Shown: piece by piece, positions 10,528 to 20,590 of the stretch
Position numbering within the stretch: position 1 is the stretch's first letter
How the letters are laid out: each line of letters opens with the position of its first letter
Assembly (NCBI GenBank): GCA_963833095.1
Contig: CAWHWQ010000007.1
Location: 2,174 to 66,173, forward strand
Length of the DNA stretch: 64,000 nt
Direction: 5' to 3'
Source of the DNA: Vulcanimicrobiota bacterium
GTDB lineage: Bacteria; Vulcanimicrobiota; Vulcanimicrobiia; Vulcanimicrobiales; Vulcanimicrobiaceae
Position numbers and translations under genes: made by a program
The notes under the pieces: model-generated
Seen by the model: only the letters and a program-made list of their open reading frames with translations
What the model was told of the DNA's origin: nothing
Database searches by the model: none

Positions 10528-12320
10528 TTCACACCTCCGGCGTGTCCGGCGATAACACCCCGGACGAAGTTTTCGATTCGCTGCGCGCGCTGGGTCGTAC
10601 GAGCGAAGCTGATGCCGGAGGCATGCGCTGCGATGCTGGCCTCAAGGCCCGGAATTCCGCCCGGACTCGAACTTTGCGTTCGCACGCTGGTATCACCGGT
10701 CGGCGCCGTTTCGTACCAGTAGGCTTCGCTAATAGTGTTGGTTTGGAGCGGGCCGCCCGTGAACGACGGATAGTACAAGTACGGCGTATCGAACAAGTAG
10801 TCGTAATAGAGCGCCTGCGAGTCGGCGATCACGACGCACGCGGGTCCGAGTGCGGGAGCACTGTTAACCACGTAGGCATCGATCGTTTCGTTCTCGGTGT
10901 AACCGAGCACCGGATCGACGATCGCAATTGTGCGCCGGAAATCGTCGGCCGACGTTACCCCGGTTGGAGCGCAGGGCAAAGGCAGCGCGCCGGAGCCCTT
11001 GTCGACGGTTGAATCGCTGTAGAGACTCGTGCCCGTCCACCACTGCGGAACCGAGTACGTTGTGGTCGAGGTACCCGACGAAGCCGAAATGTTCACCGTT
11101 CCGCCCGATGGGGCAGCGTAGGTAAAGGTGAGTTGTCCGTAGCCCGAGTCGATGTTGTAGGATCCCGAAAAGTTCGGGTTGACGGTGATCGTGTTTTGGC
11201 CGCCGCCGACGATCGTGTCGGTTTCGGCGTACGAACCGTTCGCGTTGTACGTGCGACTCGTCGTCGTGTTGTCAGCCAACGTTGCCATCACCGTCGACGG
11301 CGGAGCGTTGGTGATCGTGCCGGTGTACGGAAGCGGCGAGGCGACCGCGTAGACGAGCGCACCGAGTCCGTAGGTGGTTACGGTCGAATCGCCGACGAGG
11401 TCGGTCGAGGTTTCGCTCAACTCCGCGAAGCTTTGCGGTGCCGGCGCCGAGGTAGCCTCAACGATCGCGTCAGTGGTGGTCGCGGTCGGATTGGTCGCAT
11501 ACGCGTCGGTCTCGACGCTATGCTCATCGATGCTGCCTGACGGTGACGACGTCACCGTGACGGCTACGGTCACACTCGCTTGCTGCGTTGCAGTCGGGAT
11601 CGGACACGGCGAGGCGCGCGAGATCGTTTGGGTCAACGTACCGGTATACGTGAACTTCGCGCCCGTCATAATCGGCTGCACGCCGACCAGCGCCGGATGC
11701 GCACCGCTTCGCGAACTCGCATCCGCTTGCACGCCGACGCATCCGTCGGGATTGGGCGACGGCAGCGCGCCACCGGTGTAAATCGCAAAGTACGCCGACG
11801 AACCAGCCGCAAGCGTAAACGCTCCGCTCTGCGGCAGCGTCACCCAAAAGCTTTGCACGTTGTAGTACGCACCAGCCGCGCCCGTCGGCGACGAAACCGT
11901 GATCGTCGGCACGCTCGAAAGAGAAACCGCCGTGGTCGCGGTAAGCGTGACGTAGACGATAGCGCTATACGGTGCGGTATCGGCAACGTGCGTCGTCCCA
12001 GGTGTCGCGGCACTCGAGCGCACCCGCGCGGCACTGATCGTTGCTACCGGCGATGGCGCAGCCACGGTGGCGGCGATGGTCGCGGTGCCCGATCCGGCCG
12101 AAAAATTCATCGTCGCGCTGTAGCTGGCGCCGGTCGCACTGGGGATCTGCGCGGTCGCTGTCGTACCGCAGAATCCGACACCGCCGCCCGCGGGCGACGC
12201 GCACGGCGTAGGCGTAGGCGTCACCGGAGGCCCGGTGCTGCTGCCGCCACCTCCACCGCCGCATGCGACAAGCACCGAAGCGAGAAGAACGGCTCCAAAA
12301 AATGCAAAGCGAGCGTGCAC
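10524..12320 (-). CDS. Large T/S/A/G-rich lipoprotein of unknown function, sedolisin partner copy 1
   Basis: 598 aa with signal peptide and lipobox 'LLASVLVAC|GGGGGGSS'. Its stop overlaps the S53 start by 4 nt. It is clearly paralogous to 15652-17410 (for example 'IAIVDPVLGYTENETIDAYV...GPACVV...YYDY' versus 'ITRIDPVIGTLDNETIDTYT...GPVCQI...YYDF'). Confidence 0.6.
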   Translation of the reverse strand: MHARFAFFGAVLLASVLVACGGGGGGSSTGPPVTPTPTPCASPAGGGVGFCGTTATAQIPSATGASYSATMNFSAGSGTATIAATVAAPSPVATISAARVRSSAATPGTTHVADTAPYSAIVYVTLTATTAVSLSSVPTITVSSPTGAAGAYYNVQSFWVTLPQSGAFTLAAGSSAYFAIYTGGALPSPNPDGCVGVQADASSRSGAHPALVGVQPIMTGAKFTYTGTLTQTISRASPCPIPTATQQASVTVAVTVTSSPSGSIDEHSVETDAYATNPTATTTDAIVEATSAPAPQSFAELSETSTDLVGDSTVTTYGLGALVYAVASPLPYTGTITNAPPSTVMATLADNTTTSRTYNANGSYAETDTIVGGGQNTITVNPNFSGSYNIDSGYGQLTFTYAAPSGGTVNISASSGTSTTTYSVPQWWTGTSLYSDSTVDKGSGALPLPCAPTGVTSADDFRRTIAIVDPVLGYTENETIDAYVVNSAPALGPACVVIADSQALYYDYLFDTPYLYYPSFTGGPLQTNTISEAYWYETAPTGDTSVRTQSSSPGGIPGLEASIAAHASGISFARTTQRAQRIENFVRGVIAGHAGGVK

Positions 12321-12404
12321 GCAGGCTCTCCTAACAGAAACGCCACAAGCGAGACAAGTGTGCCCCTCTTACCGTTACTTTGGTAGCATCCCTGCGGAGG
12401 GAAC

Positions 12405-12899
12405 ATGAGAAAAGGATTACTTTTCACACTCATAATCTTTACCGTCGCGCCGGCTCTCAGCGTCGGCGCCGCGCAACGGGACGTTGCGACTATTCGAAAT
12501 TCGGGATCCACCAATACCGCCGGATTCACGATTACGGTGTGGTCCGACGCGACCGGCAGTGCAAGCGTGCAAGGTGCAACACCAAAAGCATTTGGCGTAC
12601 CATCCGATTTGAGCGCGCGGTTCTTCGCCGATCTTCACGCTGCTTCCAACGACGCCGCACCGGCGATGCATTGTATGAAGAGCGCATCGTTTGGAACGAG
12701 TACGATGGTGCAGTGGCATGCATGGAGCTCGCCTGATCTGCAATGCCCGCCCTTCTCAGCGGGCCTGGGGGCGCTTGCCCGCGACGTGGGTGCGATCGAA
12801 ACTGCGGCCGGTATCACGACGCAGATCCATCGGCGCATCGGACTTCCGCCCGACCTGCGCAAGATTCCGACGCCGATTCCCGAAGTGCAGCCGACGTGA
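12405..12899 (+). CDS. Hypothetical secreted protein
   Basis: 164 aa. It has the signal peptide 'MRKGLLFTLIIFTVAPALSVGAAQ' and a GGAGGG Shine-Dalgarno 5 nt upstream. I recognise no family. Confidence 0.5.
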   Translation: MRKGLLFTLIIFTVAPALSVGAAQRDVATIRNSGSTNTAGFTITVWSDATGSASVQGATPKAFGVPSDLSARFFADLHAASNDAAPAMHCMKSASFGTSTMVQWHAWSSPDLQCPPFSAGLGALARDVGAIETAAGITTQIHRRIGLPPDLRKIPTPIPEVQPT

Positions 12900-13513
12900 A
12901 GTACCCAGTTCTAATCCTCGCCTCGCTCGCTCTCATCGCCGCGGCACCGCCGCCGACGCCTCCGCCAACGCCGCCGCCGCTCACCGATACGCAGGCATCG
13001 CCTGCGGCTGCAAGCGCGGCGAGCCCTGACGCGATGCCGCTTGCCACGCCGACTCCGAATCTCAATTCAATTCTCGGCGGCACGCCGGCAGGCGCGAAGT
13101 CCAAGCCCGGCGCCAAGGCTACGCCTTCGCCGCCACCGGAGCGTAAGGGGCTCGATGGCGTATGGGAAGTCGAAATACAGCGCGGGCCGAAAACCGAGTA
13201 CGAGCACATGAATCTCGTGCAGACCGGCCAGGCCCTCAGCGGAATTTTTCTCACCAAAGAAAACAAGAAATATCCGGTGACCGGATCGCTCGATCAGCAG
13301 AACAACGTGCGCCTCGTCGTTTCACTGCCCAATGGTTCGACGATTCTCTTAGAGGCGCGCTGCGACGGAACGACCGACATGCTCGGGATGTTCACCGATG
13401 CGGCAGAACGCGTGCCGTTCACGGCAGCGTATCGGCCGAAAGAAAAATGGATCGATAACATCAACGCGACGCCCGGAGGCCTGGGCGGCGGCGGAGGCAG
13501 CGGCCCGCCCTAG
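12896..13513 (+). CDS. Hypothetical secreted Pro-rich protein
   Basis: GTG 12896 is in frame within ORF 12743-13513 and overlaps the previous stop (GTGA). It gives 'VKYPVLILASLALIAAAPPPTPPPTPPP...' (signal peptide plus Pro-rich linker plus a globular domain of about 120 aa). The start choice is inferred. Confidence 0.45.
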   Translation: MKYPVLILASLALIAAAPPPTPPPTPPPLTDTQASPAAASAASPDAMPLATPTPNLNSILGGTPAGAKSKPGAKATPSPPPERKGLDGVWEVEIQRGPKTEYEHMNLVQTGQALSGIFLTKENKKYPVTGSLDQQNNVRLVVSLPNGSTILLEARCDGTTDMLGMFTDAAERVPFTAAYRPKEKWIDNINATPGGLGGGGGSGPP

Positions 13514-15655
13514 TTACGGTATGGTCGTTCCCGTTGCCGCTTGAATGAGATGGCCGGCAAAGGGCGATCCGACGCCGGTCACGAGATCGTAACCGGGTCC
13601 TGCCGTACAGCACCCGGCGATGATCGGACCTGGTACCGGACTCGACAGCGTTCCGCCGTTTGAAACGGCCTGGTTCTCACCGTACATCACATCGTAGAAG
13701 ACGTTCGCGTACGAGAGTCCATTCGAACTCGAGCTGTAGATCTTGTAGATGAGCGCATCGGGATTGCCCAAGCGATACGGCGTCGCACCGGTTGCCGTCG
13801 CGCACGCGGCGCTGGCTTTGCACGCTTGCAACACGAGCGCCCACATCGCTGCTGCTTGAGGCGCTGCCGCCGAGGTGCCGCCGTTCGGTCCGAAGCCGCC
13901 GCCGAAGCTTCCTTGGATGAGAATCGACGGTCCGGTATTCGGATCGGCGTCCAGTGCGATATCCGGAACGCCGCGCATGCCACCGAGCTGCGGGCTCGTA
14001 GGATTTGCACCGGTCGCCGGTTCGACACTGTTTTGATAGGCCGGCGTCGTAAACACCGCTGACACGCCGCCGCCCGATCCAACGTTATTTCCGAACGTGC
14101 CGTCGCCTCCGCTGGTCGTTTGATCGGCCCACGCCGTGATCTGGCCGACGAGATTGCCGCCCGGATCGAGCGGGATATTAACGCCGCCGACGCCGACGAC
14201 TGACGGATCCGACGCGGGATACGAAATGCACGGCGTCGTGATATGCAAGCCGGTGCTCGGGTCAACGCACGACTCGTTTCCGGTATCTCCGCTCGAAACG
14301 AAGACCGCGATTCCTTCGGACGCAAGGGCTGCGAATTCGTCCGGGCCGAAGCCGGCGCCGCTGAGATCGAAGTACCCGGCATCGTAGGCGTCAAGCTCAC
14401 CCAGACCATAGCTGAGTGAAAGCACGTCGACGCTGTCGTCGGCAATTGCTTGTTGAATCTCATCGTCAGGATCGGCTAGGCCCTGGATTCCCGTCGAGCT
14501 CGGCGGACAGTTACCCGGCGTGCCGCAGAATCCGCTGTTGTAACCGAGATAGAATTTGACGGATGCATTTGGCACCAGCCCCGCGACGGTCTCCGTGTCG
14601 AGTTGCGCTTCAAAATCTTCCGGATTGCACGTGCCTGCGATCGGATACTCCGAGTAGGAGATCACGCCGGTGTCGCCGTTCGTGCAGGTATTTGACAGCG
14701 CCGTAACAGGCGGCGGTGTTGCCCAGCCGCTCGTGAGGCTACTCCCGGTTTCATTGTTCGTCGGGCTTGGAGTCTGCGGCGCGACGGGAACGATGCCGAT
14801 CGGTGTGCCTGTCGAGGCCAAGCCGAATTCGGAAATCTCGTGAAACTTCTTCTGATACAAACCGACATCGCCGCCATTATTGAATGGGCCCCCGACTTCG
14901 TTGGTCCCGATATCGATCGGCCCGGTCCCGATGATCCCCACCGTGATACCGCTGCCGGTAAGACCTTGCGCCCAGGCAGAGCTGTAGTCGAATCCATGCG
15001 CGATTTGCTGCGGTGAATTGCCGGCAAACGCACCTGCACCGAGACGAATAATGTAATCGTGAGCGATCGATACTGCGGCGAGCTGCGCGGAGCGAATGGG
15101 GACGACCGACGCGAAATGCGCGGCGCCTGCCGCCGGCGCGATGAAGGTCCGCTGCGCGAGCCGGTAAACGCCGAACGTTACACCGAAGGCTTGCTCCATG
15201 CCGGCGCGCGGCCCAGTCACCACCCCGCTCAACTGCTGCGGCCAGGTACTAAACGAAAGCCCATACTTCTTGAAATACGCCGCAGTGGTCGACACGTCGC
15301 CGACGTTCGCCCCGAACATCGATCCGATCTGTTGCGGGGTCAGGAAGTGACGATAGTTTGCCGATTGCGGATTGCTGGAAGTCGCAGCATATTGCAGCAA
15401 CCCTTGCTCGTTGCGCAGCGCAAATCCGACATCGATGCTCATCGTGGGATTGCCGCTGAGCGGCCCGACGTACATTGCCTTGGTAAGGATGCCTTGGTTC
15501 CACGCAAGCGCGAGCGCCGCAGGGCCGTTGTAGGACGAGAGCGTGGGGTTCGCGTTCGCTCCCGCGCTTGGCGCAACGTGCGCGCCGCCCGAGCAGGACG
15601 TGATCGTGAAAGCGCAGGCGAGCGCCCAAAGCCGCGATCGATCGAAGCGAATCAT
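13514..15655 (-). CDS. Sedolisin (peptidase S53) family lipoprotein, copy 2
   Basis: 713 aa with 'AFTITSC|SGG'. Matching motifs are 'YRHFLTPQQIGSMFGANVGDVSTTAAYF', 'FEAQLDTETV', 'VSSGDTGNE' and 'NGGTSAAAPQ'. It is a paralog of 8413-10527. Confidence 0.85.
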   Translation of the reverse strand: MIRFDRSRLWALACAFTITSCSGGAHVAPSAGANANPTLSSYNGPAALALAWNQGILTKAMYVGPLSGNPTMSIDVGFALRNEQGLLQYAATSSNPQSANYRHFLTPQQIGSMFGANVGDVSTTAAYFKKYGLSFSTWPQQLSGVVTGPRAGMEQAFGVTFGVYRLAQRTFIAPAAGAAHFASVVPIRSAQLAAVSIAHDYIIRLGAGAFAGNSPQQIAHGFDYSSAWAQGLTGSGITVGIIGTGPIDIGTNEVGGPFNNGGDVGLYQKKFHEISEFGLASTGTPIGIVPVAPQTPSPTNNETGSSLTSGWATPPPVTALSNTCTNGDTGVISYSEYPIAGTCNPEDFEAQLDTETVAGLVPNASVKFYLGYNSGFCGTPGNCPPSSTGIQGLADPDDEIQQAIADDSVDVLSLSYGLGELDAYDAGYFDLSGAGFGPDEFAALASEGIAVFVSSGDTGNESCVDPSTGLHITTPCISYPASDPSVVGVGGVNIPLDPGGNLVGQITAWADQTTSGGDGTFGNNVGSGGGVSAVFTTPAYQNSVEPATGANPTSPQLGGMRGVPDIALDADPNTGPSILIQGSFGGGFGPNGGTSAAAPQAAAMWALVLQACKASAACATATGATPYRLGNPDALIYKIYSSSSNGLSYANVFYDVMYGENQAVSNGGTLSSPVPGPIIAGCCTAGPGYDLVTGVGSPFAGHLIQAATGTTIP

Positions 15656-17410
15656 TTCAACCCCCCGCGTTGTAAAGCCAGGCTTCGGAGATGAATAGCC
15701 AGCGCCCGCACCCGCTCGCCGCGTTGCAGGGCGCGCGCATACTCGAATTGCGCCCGCGCATGGAGCAGCACTTGCACCGAGAGTGGCGAGGATTGCAACG
15801 TCAGCGTTTCACGTAGTGTCGTCGTTTGTCGCGCGCTGCCCGAAAAATCGGCGATGAGATGCGAGACGTCCAGAGCAAAATCGTAATACCCGACCGTCGT
15901 ATCGTGCAGAATCTGGCACACAGGGCCGAATGACGCGCTCGTGTACGTGTCGATCGTTTCATTGTCGAGCGTGCCGATGACGGGATCAATGCGCGTGATC
16001 GCGGTGGCGATATGGCTGCCGCTTGTACCGAAGCCCGACGGGACGCTGCACGACGCCGGGTAGCTAACGCCCGTCGTTAGCGTATCGGTTTCGTTGTAGA
16101 GTCCGGTCGGCGTCGGCGTAAACCACGCGACCGGCGTCGCAATTGGAAACGGTTGGGCCGACGGTTGGCCGCTCGGCGCCGGCGTTGGGACGATGCTCAC
16201 GATGATGGAGCCTCCCGAAGGCGCCGCCATCGAATACCCGTCGATCGCGTAGGCAGCCGAAAACTCCGTGCCGCTGTACGTTCCGCTTCCGTTCGCACTA
16301 CTGGCGATGCTTAGCGTGTACCCAAACGGATCCACATACCCCTCGGCGTAACTTCCATCCGCATTGATCGTTTGGAAGCTGACCGCACCGTCTGCGTAGC
16401 CGGTCGACACCGTTGCCGCCGGCGAATTCGTCCACGTCGCGCCATTGGTTTCGGGAAGTTCGTCTTCGATCTGGCCGCTCTTGTAGATCGTCGACGTGAC
16501 GGTCGATGCGGAGTTTGTGATCTGGGAGCCGAGAAATTCGTAGAGTGTCGACGCAACGGACGGCGCACTTGCATACCAATAATCGCCCAGGGACGTTGAC
16601 GTCGCGAGTGGATAGGCGATCACGTCAGACTCGCGATAGTCGACGATCACGCCGGCCGCCGAACCCGGAAAGGGCGACGAGCCTACCACCACCGACTCGG
16701 TCACCGTACCGCTTTGCGAGGTCGACGGAAACGGCGACGGCGTCGGATAGTTGAACGAGTCGGTTTGCGCAATCGAGCCGGTAATCGAAATCGGCTGCGG
16801 CGTTACCAGCGACCCCGACGTGATCATTGCGAAGACGTACGTGTCGTTCGCAGCTAAAACGAGGGGTGGAGCGAGCCGCTGGGCGGTAAACGAGATCGTG
16901 TTGCCACTTGCCGTGCCCGGTCCGAGCAGCACGTTCCAGCCGAGCGCGGCGTTGTTCTCGTCGTAGTAGGCAATGTAGGCATTTCCGCTTAGCGGTCCGG
17001 AAAGGTGAACGAAAAGGCCGGCGTTGATGCGATCGTAACGGGTGAGCTAACGCTCAGCGTAATCAGCGCGAGCGTCGTGAGATTGGTCCCGCCGATGACC
17101 GCTCGGCCTTTGACCGCGGGCCGGCGTCGCGACGCCCGTCGGCAGTGCTGCTTGAAAGGAGAGATTTGCGGTCGTTGCCGCGTTTGCCGCCGGGAGCGTT
17201 ATCGTGCCCGACGCACCGTTGCTGATCTCGGCGAATTTTACCAGTGTCGTCGTGCTTGTTGAAAACGGTGCCGAGGTCGAAATCCGAAGCGGTGAGATCG
17301 GTGTAAGCGTCGCTGCGAGGTACGGGAAGCCGCCGCTCCGCGCCTCCTCCGCACGCAGCCAAAATCGCCGTTGCAGCGACCACCACCAGAAATGCCACGC
17401 GCGCCTTCAT
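15652..17410 (-). pseudogene. Sedolisin-partner lipoprotein copy 2, with the 5' ~480 nt broken by three frameshifts
   Basis: ORF 15652-16932 is paralogous to 10524-12320. ORF 17063-17410 supplies 'MKARVAFLVVVAATAILAAC|GGG'. Hand translation links them through frame changes near 17240, 17115 and 16995, with good protein-like sequence in each frame (for example 'VKFAEISNGASGTITLPAANAATTANLSF' and 'AVIGGTNLTTLALITLSVSSPVTIASTPAFSFTF'). Confidence 0.6.
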
Positions 17411-17473
17411 AGAAAACTCCTTATAAGCGACCTGGCGACTAGTTAGTGTTTTCTGAGCGCGACCCTGCGGGAC

Positions 17474-17992
17474 TTACGTCCTATTTTCTGGCCTATCTGC
17501 GAGGCGACTCTCCACATAGGGAACGAGGCCGCCCGCGTCGATGAGCTGCTGCATGAACGGCGGGAATTCCGCCGCCTTATACTCGGTCTTCTTCGTAAGA
17601 TTGCGAATGATGCCGGTGGCCGGTTCGATCTCGATTTCGTCGCCCGGCGCGATACCCTCGACGGCTTGCGGACATTCGAAGATCGGCAGGCCGATGTTGA
17701 GTGCATTGCGATAGAAGATGCGCGCGAACGTTTTGGCGATCACCGCGCCGGTTCCCGAGCCTTTGATCGCGATCGGCGCGACCTCGCGGCTCGAGCCGCA
17801 GCCGAAGTTGGTATCGGCCACGATAATATCGCCGGGTTTCATCGTCGCGACGTACTCCGGATCGATGCCTTCGAGTGCGTGTTTGCCCAGCTCGACCGGA
17901 TCGACGAGATTGCAATATTTCCCGGGAATGATCACGTCGGTATCGACGTTCTTTCCGAATTTGTGCGCGTGTCCGCGCAGTTTCGCATCCAT
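17474..17992 (-). CDS. leuD: 3-isopropylmalate dehydratase small subunit (short archaeal-type LeuD)
   Basis: 172 aa. 'HKFGKNVDTDVIIPGKY' and 'GCGSSRE.A' are aconitase swivel-domain motifs. It lies directly downstream of leuC. Confidence 0.85.
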   Translation of the reverse strand: MDAKLRGHAHKFGKNVDTDVIIPGKYCNLVDPVELGKHALEGIDPEYVATMKPGDIIVADTNFGCGSSREVAPIAIKGSGTGAVIAKTFARIFYRNALNIGLPIFECPQAVEGIAPGDEIEIEPATGIIRNLTKKTEYKAAEFPPFMQQLIDAGGLVPYVESRLADRPENRT

Positions 17993-18004
17993 CTTCTATT
18001 CGCT

Positions 18005-19292
18005 TCATAGCTGACGCGTAGTTCCAGCAACGCGCGGGTCGGTGATCTTGCCGGTGAGGGCTGACGCGGCGCACGTTGCGGGCGACGCGAGATAGACTTC
18101 GGATTTCGGCGAGCCCATGCGCCCGACGTAGTTGCGATTGGTGGTCGAGATCGCGCGCTCGCCGTCGCCAAGCGTGCCCATGTGACCGCCGAAGCACGCA
18201 CCGCAACCCGGCGTGTTGACCGCGCAGCCCGCTGCCGCAAGCGTGGTGAGAATACCCTCATTCGCCGCCTGCATCCAAACCTTCTGCGAACCGGGATTGA
18301 CGATCGCGCGAATGTTCGACGCGATCTTCTTCCCTTCGAGAATCTTCGCGGCGATGCGCAGGTCATCCAGATACCCGTTGGTGCACGATCCGATGAAGAC
18401 TTGATCGACGAAGATATCGTCGCGCGTCACGTCCGAAATCGGATGCACGTTATCGGGCGTGTGCGGGCACGCCACTTGCGGCTCGAGCGACGCCGACGTC
18501 GATCTCGATCACCCGCACGTACGTCGCATCGGCGTCGGAACGCTCCACGATGAATTTGCGATCGGTCCGCTCTTCGACGAAAGCGATAGCCTTGGCGTCG
18601 GCATGGAAGATGCCGTTCTTCGCGCCGGCTTCGATCGCCATGTTGGCCATCGTGAAGCGGCCGGTCACCGAAAGTTCGTCGACCGTCGTGCCGTGATACT
18701 CAATCGCGTGATAGGTGGCGCCGTCGATTCCGAGTTCGCCGACGGTGCGCAGCATGATGTCCTTGGCGTAGACCATCGGGCCGAGCTGCCCGTTGTACAC
18801 GATCTTGATCGTGGACGGCACTTTGATCCAAACTTCGCCGAGCACAAACGCGGCGGCAATGTCGGTCGACCCCATGCCGGTTGCGAATGCCCCGAGCGCG
18901 CCGTACGTGCACGTGTGCGAATCGCCGCCGACGATCACCTCGCCCGGCGCGACCAAGCCTTCTTCGGGTAACACGACGTGTTCGATCCCGCCGCGCCCCA
19001 CGTCGTAAAAATGCGTGATCTTGTGCTCGATCGCAAAATCTTTCATCAACTTGGCGATCTTGGCCGATTGCGTGTCCTTGGCGGGAACGAAATGATCCTC
19101 GACCAGCGCAATGCGATCCTGATCGAAGACCGTCGTTGCGCCTTTGATGCCGCGCATGACACCGATCGCGACCGCAGCGGAGATTTCGTTGGCGAGCACG
19201 AGATCGACGTTGACATTGACGATCTGACCCGGTTCGACGCGATCGACTCCGGCGTGCCGGGCTAGGATCTTTTCGGTCAGCGTCATCCCCAT
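18005..19292 (-). pseudogene. leuC: 3-isopropylmalate dehydratase large subunit, single +1 frameshift near 18490
   Basis: Fragments 18450-19292 ('MGMTLTEKILARH...VGGDSHTCTYGALGAFATG') and 18005-18475 ('ACPHTPDNV...IGSCTNG...[11 protein letters not shown]') together make a complete LeuC. '...IEIDVG' and '[10 protein letters not shown]' are offset by one nt, and the total length is 3n+1. Confidence 0.85.
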
Positions 19293-19327
19293 GAGGTTGC
19301 CTTGTACGCGACGAACCAGGCTAAGCC

Positions 19328-20590
19328 ATGCAGGATCGCAGTTTCGGCTTCGCCACGCGCGCCATTCACGCGGGCTCACCGCCCGACCCGACGACCGGTT
19401 CGCGCGCCTTGCCCATCTATCAAACGGCCGCCTTCGTCTTCGGAACGACCGAGCAGGCCGCCGAGCTCTTCCAGCTGCGCAGCTACGGCCATATCTATAG
19501 CCGTATCAGCAACCCGACGGTCTCGGCTTTCGAAGAACGCATGGCCTCGCTCGAAGGCGGACTCGGCGGGATCGCGTTTTCGAGCGGTCTTGCCGCGCAG
19601 CTCTGCACGGTGCTCGCGCTCGCGCAGGCCGGCGATCACATCGTCAGCTCGCAAAACATCTACGGCGGCACGGTGACGCAGTTCAGCATCACGATCCGCC
19701 GCATGGGCATCGAGACGCAGCTTCGCACCGGTCGACGACTTCGCCGCGATCGAGGCCGCGATTCGCCCGAACACCAAACTGCTCTTTGCCGAGACGATCG
19801 GCAACCCGTCGGGCACGCTTGCCGACCTTGCGGGGCTCGCGAAGCTCGCGCACAAGCACGGCATCCCGCTGGTGGTCGATAACACGTTCGCGTCGCCGTA
19901 CCTGTGCCGCCCGATCGAGCGCGGCGCCGACATCGTGCGTGCATTCGGCGACCAAGTTCATCAGCGGTCACGGCACGACGATGGGCGGAATCATGGTCGA
20001 ATCCGGGCGCTTCGACTTTGCCAACGGCAAGTTTCCACTGCTCTCGGAGCCGAGCCCCGGCTATCACAACAAGGTTTTCACCGAAACCTTCGGCGAGTAC
20101 GCGTTCCTCATGCGGGCGCGCGCCGAAGTGCTGCGCGACGTCGGCGCGCAGATGTCGCCGATGGACGCGTGGATCCTGATGCTCGGACTCGAGACGCTGC
20201 CGTTGCGCATGGAGGCGCACGTGCGCAATGCCAAAGCCATCGCCGACTATCTCGAGTCGCGCCCCGAGGTCGAATGGGTGCGCCCGCCGCGAGATGGGCT
20301 CGATCTTCACCTTCGGCATTCGCGGCGGACGCGATGCCGGACGGCGCTTCATCGACTCACTCGAACTGTGGAGCCATCTGGCCAACGTCGGCGACGCCAA
20401 GTCGCTGGTGATTCACCCGGCCTCCACCACGCACTCACAGTTAAATGATGACGAGATGCGCAAGGCCGGCGTCGCGCCCGAGGCGGTGCGACTCTCGGTC
20501 GGGCTCGAAGACGTCGACGATCTCACCTGGGACTTGGGGAACGCCTTGGAGGCATCGCAGCGCGGAGCGCTGGCCGAGTCGGCGCGATGA
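19328..20590 (+). pseudogene. metY: O-acetylhomoserine/O-acetylserine sulfhydrylase, three frame changes
   Basis: 'FATRAIHAG...LPIYQTAAF', '[22 protein letters not shown]', '[16 protein letters not shown]' (PLP Lys) and '[21 protein letters not shown]' lie in three different frames. The switches fall near 19729, 19937 and 20285. Confidence 0.8.
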
